A stretch of DNA of 64,000 bases from Patescibacteria group bacterium (GTDB lineage: Bacteria; Patescibacteriota; SICC01), in NCBI GenBank assembly GCA_040902515.1, contig JBBDXB010000006.1, forward strand, positions 268,280 to 332,279. Reading direction: 5' to 3'. The notes below the pieces were generated by a model, which was not told the DNA's origin, searched no databases, and saw only the letters and a program-made list of their open reading frames with translations. Position 1 is the first letter of the stretch. Every line of letters starts with the position of its first letter. Below are positions 49,873-58,711 of the stretch, in pieces. The position numbers and the translations under genes are program-made.

Positions 49873-50755
49873 TGCTGCCTCCTTCCTGGTCAGTCGCCTG
49901 CTGGTCCGGCTGTTGCGGCTGCGCCGGTTGCGGTGGCGCGGACTGGGGCTGCGGTGCATAAGCCGCCGATTCTGTCTGGGGTTCCATGGTGGCCGGACTC
50001 GGCGCGGGTGCCTGTCCGGTCGGTCCGGCAGGCGCTTGTCCGTGGTTCGGCCCCCGGACCGTCGCTGCCGTCAGCTCGTCCACGTTGACCAGGCGCTGCT
50101 TGGTGGCGGTCTGCGGGTTGTAGATGCTGTAGAACAGCTCCACCAGTTCCTCGGAGTTGAGCTGGGCGGCACGGACGCCGAGCGCACCTAGGCCGGACGC
50201 CACCGACTCGGTCCGCTGGAGCAGCTGGCCGCGGTAGTTCTGGAACGTTGCCTCGCGCTTGGCGACCTCCTTGGCCGGCTGGGGATTGGTGGCGAACAGC
50301 TTCCCGAGTCCCTTGGCCGGTTCGGTCGCCGGCGGGAAGTACGGCACGATCACGTAGAACCGCTTGTCCATGATGTTCGTGACCGAGATCAGCCGGGAGA
50401 TGAACTCGCCGTACTCGATGGTCTGGAGCTTCACCAGCTCGATCGGCTGGTCGTCGGCCCGCTTCTTCAGCTTGTCGAGATAGTAGTCGAGGTCGAGCCG
50501 CCGCGAGTGGATCAGGATTTGTATCGGGAAGTTCAGCGAGTTCAGGAACCGCTGGTAGGCGTAGATCATCGCGTCCTGTTCCTCGCCGGACTTGAGCGCG
50601 AAGTTAACGGCGCTGGTCATCAGCACCGCGCGGAGCGAGCCGTCCTTCAGGACGATCACGCCGTCCTTGATCTCGGAGATATTGAGGTACGCCTGCGTGG
50701 AAGCCGCCTCCTGCTTCCGCTGCTGCTGTTGCTGGGTCTTGTCTTGCTTCGCCAT
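49865..50755 (-). CDS. T4SS-associated protein (VirB4 N-terminal-like)
   Basis: VNFALKS.EEQ..FLNSL.FPIQI; lies between prgI and virB4. Confidence 0.7.
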   Translation of the reverse strand: MAKQDKTQQQQQRKQEAASTQAYLNISEIKDGVIVLKDGSLRAVLMTSAVNFALKSGEEQDAMIYAYQRFLNSLNFPIQILIHSRRLDLDYYLDKLKKRADDQPIELVKLQTIEYGEFISRLISVTNIMDKRFYVIVPYFPPATEPAKGLGKLFATNPQPAKEVAKREATFQNYRGQLLQRTESVASGLGALGVRAAQLNSEELVELFYSIYNPQTATKQRLVNVDELTAATVRGPNHGQAPAGPTGQAPAPSPATMEPQTESAAYAPQPQSAPPQPAQPQQPDQQATDQEGGSNG

Positions 50756-50756
50756 G

Positions 50757-51422
50757 TCAGGCTCCTTGTCCCGTCGGTTTGGGGGCAACGTCGCGCTGCG
50801 GTGATCGCCGCGCCTGCCTTGCTATCTTCTGGCTCAGTACCTGGCCCAGGTCGGCGCTGGCCCGGTCGGACCCGGCCCCCTCTTCCTCGCGCTCCAGGAT
50901 GTCCTGGGGTTCCTCGGTCTGGGCCATGAAGATGTTGAGCTTGGGCTTGGCTTCCACGTCGCTGGTGATCCGGCCGGTCGTCTCCGCCGCATCCACCTCG
51001 CTCCAGCCACGCGCGTCCACGATGTGGGACAGGCGTGCGAGCTTGGAGCGGACCTCTTCCTCCGACGGCTCTTCCTGCACGACCCTCGGCGGTGCCTGCC
51101 GATCTTCCAGCTTGATCTCGCCGAGACTGGGCATCCGCTTCCAGGCACGTCGCGACGGACGCACGTAGAACGAGAAGAACGAGCTGATGAACTTGGCGAA
51201 CGGCTGGTCGTTCGGACGGATGAAGACGAATGCCCCCGCGATGATCCAGGTGAACGCGGTGACCATAAAGAACGCGGGCGGCGAGGCGGTGTAGAACGCG
51301 CTGAACGACACGAACGTCACCAGTCCGGCTGCCAGCAGGTAGAAGAACTGCTTGAGCGTGAACGGCCCGAGGATCTTGTCCTCAAGCTCGACGTTCTGCG
51401 GGATTTTGTAGCTGCTGGCCAT
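50757..51422 (-). CDS. PrgI family protein (VirB3-like)
   Basis: YKIPQN..EDKILGPFTLKQF plus two TM helices. Confidence 0.88.
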   Translation of the reverse strand: MASSYKIPQNVELEDKILGPFTLKQFFYLLAAGLVTFVSFSAFYTASPPAFFMVTAFTWIIAGAFVFIRPNDQPFAKFISSFFSFYVRPSRRAWKRMPSLGEIKLEDRQAPPRVVQEEPSEEEVRSKLARLSHIVDARGWSEVDAAETTGRITSDVEAKPKLNIFMAQTEEPQDILEREEEGAGSDRASADLGQVLSQKIARQARRSPQRDVAPKPTGQGA

Positions 51423-51461
51423 GTTGGTTTTTATGGATACACTGTCCGCGAAAATTAACTA

Positions 51462-51490
51462 AGATTAACACTTTTTAGCTGAAATGTCAA
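51462..51490 (-). promoter_or_regulatory. sigma70 promoter of the prgI-virB4 operon
   Basis: TTGACA-N17-TAATCT. Confidence 0.7.
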
Positions 51491-51510
51491 TGGTTTAAGG
51501 CGCCACCGGC

Positions 51511-53871
51511 TCATAGCGTGGGGTGGTCGAACGGAAGGCCGAGCGAGCGGCGGCCGTCCTGGTACTTCTTGACGACCGCGCTTTCGGTGCCCTGCTGCTT
51601 GGCTACCTCGGCCTGGTACTCGGCACCGGTCTTGAAGTCGGCACGGTTCACGCTGGAGCTGAGCAGTCCCTGCCGGGCCACTTCGTACGCCAACCGCTGC
51701 TTTTGGGCGGAGTGGAACTTGTTCCGGGCGGTGGCATCGGAGGCTTCGGACAACCGCACGCCGTCCAGGTTGCGCATGACGCGTAGGTAGCGGCCGTCGC
51801 CGCTCAGTGCACCCTGCAGCACGTTCGTATCCATGCCACGCAGCGTATCGGAGTCCATCAGCTGGGTCTTGATGTCCAGGGAACCGAAGTTGATGCGGTC
51901 GCCGCTGCGCTCGTACGAGGAGATCAGTGGATCGCCCTTGTGCAGCTGCTGGTAACCGGTCCAGGCGAGGTTCTTTGGCCCTTGGAGCATGTGTTCGTCG
52001 ACGTACTCGGCCTGGGCCAGCTCCTTGAAGGCTGCCGCCGAGTTGATGCGGTTCTGGGCCAGCGCGTGCTCGGTGGCGTCCATTTCCATGCGTTGGTTCG
52101 GATCGCCGCTCGAGTGGTTGGCGAAGTATCTCCCGCCCTCCTGGACCGTTCCGTACTTGTAGCCGTGGGCGATCCGGTTCTTGGCAGAGATCGACAGCGG
52201 GATCATTTCTTTCTGTGCCTGGTTCACCATGGACTCAAGCGCTGCGACTTGCTGGCCCTGCGACATGCCAGTGAGCGTGCGGGTGAGTCCCGTGCCGCTG
52301 GGACCGAGCTGGTTGAACGCCTCAGCCATCGCGATCCGGTTGTGAGCGGCTGACAGCATGGCGTCTTGCTCCTGGCTGTCCTTGCGTTGCTTGAAGAAGG
52401 CCTTGGTCTCGCGGCCGCGCTGACCGATCGTCTTGCCGCCGGGGCCCGGAAGCATGCCGACGGCGCCCAGGCCGCCCTTGCCGCCGATGCCCCCGGCACG
52501 TTTGCCCTGGCCGGCGGCCATGCTGGCGACCCGCCCGCCGAGCGCCAGCGGCACGGCCACCGCGGCGATCACGATGCCGGCGAAGAAGAGTGCCTGGATG
52601 ATCGCGGTCGCGCCTGACCGGCCCGTGTCCGCACCGGTCAGGATGGCCTCAAGCATCAGCGACCCGACGAATAACAGCAGGAAGGCGACCGGCGCCATGT
52701 AGACCCAGCGGATGTACGTCTGGAGCAGGTTCCTCGATTCACCGCGGGTGAACGGAAGCACCAGGAACAGGAACAGCGCGGGTGAGAGCACGGCCAGGAC
52801 CCAGATCACTACCACGCGGACGATGAAGAAGAACAGGAGGACCAGGAGGGCAACGAGGATGATGATCGACGCCAACAGGAGGACGACGCCCTCTCCGAAA
52901 CCGTCAGCCAGTCCGCTCGCGAACCCGCTTCCTACGCCCGACCAGGACTGGATCATGTCCTTGGCGTGTTCCGCGAACGGCTGGCTGAGGACGAAAGCCG
53001 TGTTGGCGAGGATGTTCGCGAACAGGAAGCTGAAGTTGACGGCCAATATGGAGAAGACGAGAAGCGGCAGGAGCTGGCGGACGTTATACTTCTGTGGCTC
53101 GATCCGGATGATGGACGAAAGCGCCAGGCCGCTCAGAACGAGGATGAAGATCAGGTTCACGACGTCACGGACGACCTTCCATCCCTCCGCCAGGCCCCGG
53201 TTCTCGTTGAAGTTACCGACGTCCATGGCCCACAGGAGGGCGTCGGTGACGCTGCCGGAAAGACTCGAGACGACCTCCGCCATCTTGGCCAGCGCCTTGG
53301 CGAACGGGTCATCCGAAGCCCGGTCGAGCAAGCTCGTCTGCTCCACGTCGGTCGCGGCGCCCCCTTCTTCCGCCCATGCGATGCCCTCCGCATTGGACCG
53401 GTCCTTGAGGAACTCGCCGATCGGTGTCTTATGGAAGTCGATCAGGTTACAGACCTTGTTGGCAGGCTCCAGGCCCTCGCCGGGCGGGCCGTCGACTACG
53501 TAACCGAAGCCGCCGCCGTTACCCGGGTCGTTCCGGAACAGGAACGTAAGCCCGCCGCTCCCCGTACCGTCCGGCTTGAAGAAGAAGTCCCAGCTGTCGA
53601 GGCCGCCGCCGCGGTCGTGGTGCTTCAGGGCATTGAACGTGAACGTGATATCGCCGACCGTGACGCCCAGGCTTTCGGGGCGGACCTTGTCGGGATCATC
53701 GGGGAAACTGCGCGGTTGGAAGCGGTAGTCCTCGGTCTTGCCGTCAGGGCAGGCAAGGGAATCGGCAGGAGCGGCACTAACCGGCTCCGCCGCCAGGCCC
53801 AACGAGAGCATGACGAACAGGCCTCCGAGGGCCGCCGTGCTGAGCCGTCTGATTCGTTCAGGAAACCGCAT
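51511..53871 (-). CDS. VirB6/TrbL-like polytopic protein
   Basis: GW.VVRD.VN, LP.L..AVNFS, R...IW.L.VLSP; large N- and C-terminal extensions. Confidence 0.8.
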   Translation of the reverse strand: MRFPERIRRLSTAALGGLFVMLSLGLAAEPVSAAPADSLACPDGKTEDYRFQPRSFPDDPDKVRPESLGVTVGDITFTFNALKHHDRGGGLDSWDFFFKPDGTGSGGLTFLFRNDPGNGGGFGYVVDGPPGEGLEPANKVCNLIDFHKTPIGEFLKDRSNAEGIAWAEEGGAATDVEQTSLLDRASDDPFAKALAKMAEVVSSLSGSVTDALLWAMDVGNFNENRGLAEGWKVVRDVVNLIFILVLSGLALSSIIRIEPQKYNVRQLLPLLVFSILAVNFSFLFANILANTAFVLSQPFAEHAKDMIQSWSGVGSGFASGLADGFGEGVVLLLASIIILVALLVLLFFFIVRVVVIWVLAVLSPALFLFLVLPFTRGESRNLLQTYIRWVYMAPVAFLLLFVGSLMLEAILTGADTGRSGATAIIQALFFAGIVIAAVAVPLALGGRVASMAAGQGKRAGGIGGKGGLGAVGMLPGPGGKTIGQRGRETKAFFKQRKDSQEQDAMLSAAHNRIAMAEAFNQLGPSGTGLTRTLTGMSQGQQVAALESMVNQAQKEMIPLSISAKNRIAHGYKYGTVQEGGRYFANHSSGDPNQRMEMDATEHALAQNRINSAAAFKELAQAEYVDEHMLQGPKNLAWTGYQQLHKGDPLISSYERSGDRINFGSLDIKTQLMDSDTLRGMDTNVLQGALSGDGRYLRVMRNLDGVRLSEASDATARNKFHSAQKQRLAYEVARQGLLSSSVNRADFKTGAEYQAEVAKQQGTESAVVKKYQDGRRSLGLPFDHPTL

Positions 53872-54036
53872 GTGCCGTATTTGGGAAAGACTTCATTGTA
53901 CCGCTCTGGCCTCTTAGGGGAAGCTATGCCGCGTTTCGTGTCCGGCGTGTGTCCGGCGCCTGCAGGCACGGTTTGCTTGCTACCCAAAAAGCGCTCAATC
54001 ATGGCATAATTGAGCGCCACGGTCAAGAGGGCCGAA

Positions 54037-56634
54037 TCAGTGGATGGTGGCGTTGGGGTTGTTATGGGAATCCAGAACTGACCGGTTGGCGTTCGCGTCA
54101 TGGAATCCGCCGGCGCCCGCGAACCGTCGCATGAGTTCACGCTGCTGATCCTGCGGCATGGAATTCCGATGGCCTTGGGTCACGGCGTAGGCAGCACGAG
54201 TCTTGTCCAGGCTCCCAAGCGATTCCGCTGCCGTGCGGTGGTAATCCGATGTTTCCCTTCCTTCGGCGTAATCGACCGCGGCTTGCAGGTAGGTACTGTG
54301 GTCCCACTTCTTCATGTCGTCGGGAGAAGCGAACTGCACCTTGGCATCGGCCGTTCCCTGGCGGTACTCACCATTACGGTCGACGGCTGCCTGGGCCGGG
54401 TCGGATACGTTAAGCTGCTGTAGCCCGCTTCCTGCATAGGTCTCCGTGAGGTCGTGGGTCGCCAGGCCGGCCTGGGAAAGTTCCGCGAACGCCGCTTCGG
54501 AGGCCTGGCGCTTGCCCGCGAAGTCCGCCTCGTCCGCGGTGAGCCTGCCGAGAGAGTTGTTTCCGCTATCGAAGACCTCGTCGCCCGCTTTCAAACTAGG
54601 ATTACCATGCGCCCAGGCGATACGGCGTTTGCCAGCTGGGGTAACAGTGGCCATCTCCTTCTGGTACCGTCCGATGGCCCGCTGCTGGGCGATGGTGCGT
54701 TGTCCCGGCGTGGCTCCCGTGAGCTTGCCGACACCCTTGCCTCGTCCGGTCTGCTCCTCAAGGTGGGCCATCGCAGCCTTTTGGCGCAAGTCGCCACGAG
54801 AGCCTTCCGCGTATGACTTCGGCTTCTTCAGGCCGAGACCGTAGCCGGTCGCCCGGGCCCGGGTAGCCAGGGATGTCCCGCCCGGACTGACCCGGCCGAC
54901 CGTCCCGGCAAGCGCGGCCCCGGCACCCTTTCCGCCGTACTTCCCGGCTTTCCCGGCACCTCTTCCGGCCGACTTGACGCCTCGGTATGCTTGCCCGACG
55001 ACCTGGCCCCCGAGTTGGAGCGGGATCATCACCGCCGCCACCGCGGCCAGCAGGAAGAAGGCGACCTTCAGGAGAAAGTCGGGGCCGTTGATGTCTTCAT
55101 TCCCCCGTCCGGCGGTACCGATCAGTTCGGCCGCGATAAACAGCAGGACGAAAGCGATCGGTGCGGCGAAGATCCACTTCAGCGCGTTCTGCCACCACTG
55201 GCCAGCCAGCCCCCTCGTCAGCGGGAGGACCATAAAGAGGAACACGAACGGCGACAGCGCGGCCAGGAACCAGATGATCAGCATGCGCAGGACGAAGAAG
55301 GCGAAGAGGATGATGAACCCGAACAGGATCATCAGCACCAGCAGTAGCGCGATGATGAATTGACCGATCCCCTCGCTCGGATCGATGATGCTTCCGGTCG
55401 CCGGCGGATTGGCCAGCAGGTCGAACGCCTTGCTTGCGAACGGCTGGGAAATGATGTAGGCGACGTTAGTAAGAATCTGTACCAGGATGAAGCTGAAGTT
55501 CACCGCGATGACTCCAAAGATCAGGCGGGGAAGGAGTGCCCGTATGCCGTACCGGTCAGTGTCGATGCGGAGGATGTTGGAGAAGGCGATCGTCACCATG
55601 ACCAATATGAAGATGATGTTGACGAAGTCGCGCATGGTCTTCCAGGCATTGGTGAGTCCGCGGTTGTCGGTGAGGGTGCCGATATTGATCACGTTCAGAA
55701 GGGCGCTCTTGATCCAGTCGAGGACCGCACTGATAGCTTCCTTGATCGATTCCAACGCCTTTTCAATGGCGTCACTGAAGGCGCCGGTCGTCTTGTGACA
55801 GGCGTTGGCAGTGAGGTTGTACTCCTTGATTTTCTTTTCGGTCTCATCGCTTTCCGGATCATTTGGGATGTCTTCGGTTTGGTTGGGGAACTGACCCCGG
55901 TCGCCGTTCGGCACTTCCGCGATGATCGTGTCTTCGTTTTCGCGCACCGTTCCCTGACAGGTACCGGCGTACACGAACCGATCTATGTCCCCGGCATTGA
56001 GCTCATTGCCCTTCCGGGACCAGAGGATGATCGCCAGGTTCCGGTTGTACTCATTACGGAAGATCCAGACCACGCCCTTGGAGTGGCCCACACCGGTAAT
56101 GTCGCTGGTGCGCGTCATCACTTCCGACAGTACGAAGCGCACGGGAATGCCCCCGAACTTTAACTGGGTGTCACCGACTTCATGATCCTTGTTGCTCCAT
56201 ACGAGGAACGGGTTTCCTTCGAACTTGAGGAATTCCCGGGAAGTGTTGCTCCGTGCCCGGAAGTCGCCGCGGTACACATAGTTAAGGTTTCGGTCCTTGA
56301 AGGTGTTTCCTTCGATGCCGAACTCCCGCATGGCTTCAGGGACGGAATTTATTTGCTGTAATTCGGTTTTTTGTTCCGCGCTACGCCGATTGTCGATTTC
56401 TTCTATCGGCACCAACGGGGGGATGTCCGGATCAGACTGAGGAGGATCCCCGATCGGTGCCGCGGGAGCGCCGGGTTCGAATGGATTCTGGTCGCTGAAT
56501 TGCGCCTGGGCTTGTCCGGCGGCGAAAGGTGCGACCAAGGCGGGTACCAGCAACGCGCCCAGCACCATGCTGCTCAGCGTGCGGTGCAGCCAACGACGGA
56601 TTCGAGGGCGGGTGAATGTCTTGGTCGCTTTCAT
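54037..56634 (-). CDS. VirB6/TrbL-like polytopic protein (paralog)
   Basis: AWKTMRDFVN, LPRL..AVNFS, RMLIIWFLAALSP. Confidence 0.8.
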   Translation of the reverse strand: MKATKTFTRPRIRRWLHRTLSSMVLGALLVPALVAPFAAGQAQAQFSDQNPFEPGAPAAPIGDPPQSDPDIPPLVPIEEIDNRRSAEQKTELQQINSVPEAMREFGIEGNTFKDRNLNYVYRGDFRARSNTSREFLKFEGNPFLVWSNKDHEVGDTQLKFGGIPVRFVLSEVMTRTSDITGVGHSKGVVWIFRNEYNRNLAIILWSRKGNELNAGDIDRFVYAGTCQGTVRENEDTIIAEVPNGDRGQFPNQTEDIPNDPESDETEKKIKEYNLTANACHKTTGAFSDAIEKALESIKEAISAVLDWIKSALLNVINIGTLTDNRGLTNAWKTMRDFVNIIFILVMVTIAFSNILRIDTDRYGIRALLPRLIFGVIAVNFSFILVQILTNVAYIISQPFASKAFDLLANPPATGSIIDPSEGIGQFIIALLLVLMILFGFIILFAFFVLRMLIIWFLAALSPFVFLFMVLPLTRGLAGQWWQNALKWIFAAPIAFVLLFIAAELIGTAGRGNEDINGPDFLLKVAFFLLAAVAAVMIPLQLGGQVVGQAYRGVKSAGRGAGKAGKYGGKGAGAALAGTVGRVSPGGTSLATRARATGYGLGLKKPKSYAEGSRGDLRQKAAMAHLEEQTGRGKGVGKLTGATPGQRTIAQQRAIGRYQKEMATVTPAGKRRIAWAHGNPSLKAGDEVFDSGNNSLGRLTADEADFAGKRQASEAAFAELSQAGLATHDLTETYAGSGLQQLNVSDPAQAAVDRNGEYRQGTADAKVQFASPDDMKKWDHSTYLQAAVDYAEGRETSDYHRTAAESLGSLDKTRAAYAVTQGHRNSMPQDQQRELMRRFAGAGGFHDANANRSVLDSHNNPNATIH

Positions 56635-56653
56635 GGCTCAAGAAAATTGGCTA

Positions 56654-56682
56654 ATCATAGCAAAATCAGTGGGAAATGTCAA
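56654..56682 (-). promoter_or_regulatory. sigma70 promoter
   Basis: TTGACA-N17-TATGAT. Confidence 0.75.
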
Positions 56683-56740
56683 CCGTGCCACCTGGCGGTG
56701 GCCGAGGTGCAACCGGAGCCTTCGCGGAACCAGCCCATAA

Positions 56741-56770
56741 GAAAAGAGGCCCGCGCGCGGGCCTCTTTTC
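56741..56770 (-). terminator. Intrinsic terminator after the pilin genes
   Basis: Perfect palindrome GAAAAGAGGCCCGCG-CGCGGGCCTCTTTTC. Confidence 0.85.
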
Positions 56771-56785
56771 AGGACAGGGCCGAGG

Positions 56786-57151
56786 TTACTCGGTAACGCG
56801 GAAGCCGCGTTCGACGCCCAGGTACTGCTGGATCAGTCGCGTCAGTACGAACGCGATGAAGATGATGATCAAGCCAAGGATGGCATAGAGGATGGTCTTC
56901 CGGGCTGCGTCGACCTGTTCGGGGTTGCCCGTGGAAACCACGTAGCGGAAACCGCCGATAATCAGGAAGAGCACCGCGACGGCGCCGGCGAAGAGCAGCA
57001 GCGCTTCGATGACGCTGGCGAGCACTTCGCCCAGCGAAGTACCGGACACCGGGTTGTCGATGTTTGGCCGGCGTACCTGCGCGAACGCGGTCTGTACCAT
57101 GCCGAGCGAAAGCGCGAAGCCGGAACCGGTTCGGATGAGAAGTTGTTTCAT
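56786..57151 (-). CDS. VirB2/TrbC-like pilin (probable major pilin)
   Basis: AVLFLIIGGFRYVVSTGNPEQVDAARKTI; SD AAAGGAGGTG; AFA-Q cleavage site. Confidence 0.85.
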   Translation of the reverse strand: MKQLLIRTGSGFALSLGMVQTAFAQVRRPNIDNPVSGTSLGEVLASVIEALLLFAGAVAVLFLIIGGFRYVVSTGNPEQVDAARKTILYAILGLIIIFIAFVLTRLIQQYLGVERGFRVTE

Positions 57152-57180
57152 GCGTATCACCTCCTTTCTATGTTTGTCGT

Positions 57181-57822
57181 TTACCCACGTGTCGCTTGGA
57201 TAGTCGTCACCACGATAACATAGGAAAGGAACACCACCGCGAGCCCGATGACCGAGTACAGGATGGTCTTTCGGGCCGCCTCGACCTGGTCCTGGTTGCC
57301 CTGCGAGGTGACGTAGCGGTAGCCGCCGAGGATCAGGAACAGTACCGCCGCGGCGCCGCCGAACGCGAGGAATATCTCGAACAGGCGGGCAAGGATGCCG
57401 CTCGCACTGCCGGGTGCTCCCTGGATCGCACCGCCGATGCCGGGGGCGCGGGACACCCTGGTCTGCAAGCTCGCGTCCAAGGTCCGTTGGAGCAACACTA
57501 CGATCGCATACGAACTGACCGTCAGGATGAACCCGGTGATCGACCAGGTCAGCCCCTGCTTGGCCTTTTCCACCTTCTCCGGGTTGCCTGCCGAGAGGAT
57601 GTACTGGTAGCCGTTCACGACGATGAACAGGACGGCGACAGCGGCCGCGAACAGCATCCCGAACCGGATGAACTGCACCAGGATCCGGACGAGGTCGTCG
57701 AGTCCGACGCTGCGCGGCGTCTGCGGGATGTTGAAGAATCCGCCCTGGGCGCTGGCCGTTTCCGGAAGAAGCACGGCAGCGGCGACGGCCGAAAGCAGCG
57801 TGACCGGCAGGTACCGCTTCAT
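57181..57822 (-). CDS. Tandem double VirB2-like pilin
   Basis: Two G.xY..S.GN...V..A+ repeats. Confidence 0.82.
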   Translation of the reverse strand: MKRYLPVTLLSAVAAAVLLPETASAQGGFFNIPQTPRSVGLDDLVRILVQFIRFGMLFAAAVAVLFIVVNGYQYILSAGNPEKVEKAKQGLTWSITGFILTVSSYAIVVLLQRTLDASLQTRVSRAPGIGGAIQGAPGSASGILARLFEIFLAFGGAAAVLFLILGGYRYVTSQGNQDQVEAARKTILYSVIGLAVVFLSYVIVVTTIQATRG

Positions 57823-58187
57823 ATCCGGAGTCCCGAGTTAAAGCCGAGCGCCCGTGAGATCATGAAGATCACGCCGACCGAGACGATCGCGACGATCAGC
57901 CCATAGACGGCGTACAGCAGACTCTTCTTCGCACGATCCACCAGCTCGGGGTTGCCCTGCGCGACCATGTACCGGTAGCCGGCGATGGCTACGTAGAGGG
58001 CGGCGACGGTGGGGATGAAGAAGATCAGCGCGTTGAAGATGGCGCTGATCGGCTCCCCGAGGTTGTCAAAGCCGGTCTGGCTCTGGATGCGTCGTGGCCG
58101 GTTGCCCGGGTCCGGCAGCTGCGCGGCCGCCTGAGCGGGAACCGTCAGGAGCAGCGCCAGTGCCGAATAGCCGAACCGCCGCATCAT
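57819..58187 (-). CDS. VirB2-like pilin
   Basis: AGYRYMVAQGNPELVDRAKK. Confidence 0.8.
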   Translation of the reverse strand: MMRRFGYSALALLLTVPAQAAAQLPDPGNRPRRIQSQTGFDNLGEPISAIFNALIFFIPTVAALYVAIAGYRYMVAQGNPELVDRAKKSLLYAVYGLIVAIVSVGVIFMISRALGFNSGLRI

Positions 58188-58657
58188 CCGCCCGGCCTCG
58201 TGAAGTCGATGTCGCCGCAGCCGCGTTCTCCCGGCCGGCACGGGTCGGTGGTCCGTGGATTGATCGTACTGAGGATCAGCGCCGCCAGGATCAGCAGGGC
58301 TAGGCCGATCAGGGTCTTCTCCACGATGTCCTTGGCGTTCGAGATCTTTTCCGGATCGCCGTAGCTTCCCATGTAGGTGTAGCCCGCGTAGATCAACATG
58401 ATGATCGCGAGGAGCCCCCCGATGAATGCGAACCAGATGTAGGCCGCGTTGATGTACTGCACGACGGACGTCCGCTCGACCTCCTGGCCGCTGACCGGGT
58501 CGATGTTATCGCCGTCCCGGTCGCGGGCTTGTGCCAGCGCCGACCCGTCGGCGGTCGTCCCGGCGGACGGAGCCGCTGATGCGGACGGAGCGGTCGTCAC
58601 TGCAAGTCCGAGCGCGAGCCCGACGGCGAAAATGAGTTGGACGGTTCGTGTAATCAT
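58184..58657 (-). CDS. VirB2-like pilin
   Basis: AGYTYMGSYGDPEKISNAK..ILSTINP. Confidence 0.8.
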   Translation of the reverse strand: MITRTVQLIFAVGLALGLAVTTAPSASAAPSAGTTADGSALAQARDRDGDNIDPVSGQEVERTSVVQYINAAYIWFAFIGGLLAIIMLIYAGYTYMGSYGDPEKISNAKDIVEKTLIGLALLILAALILSTINPRTTDPCRPGERGCGDIDFTRPGG

Positions 58658-58711
58658 GGGCGATAGGGTAAGGGAGCTATCATAGAGCGGAAAAACGGCT
58701 TCGTAAAGGCG

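Noticed and set aside
45069-50088. 553-aa and 679-aa plus-strand ORFs
   Set aside because: Antisense to well-supported hydrolase and VirB4 genes; no motifs
44611-58657. Integrative conjugative element or prophage
   Set aside because: No integrase, relaxase, coupling protein, att repeats or phage structural genes in the window
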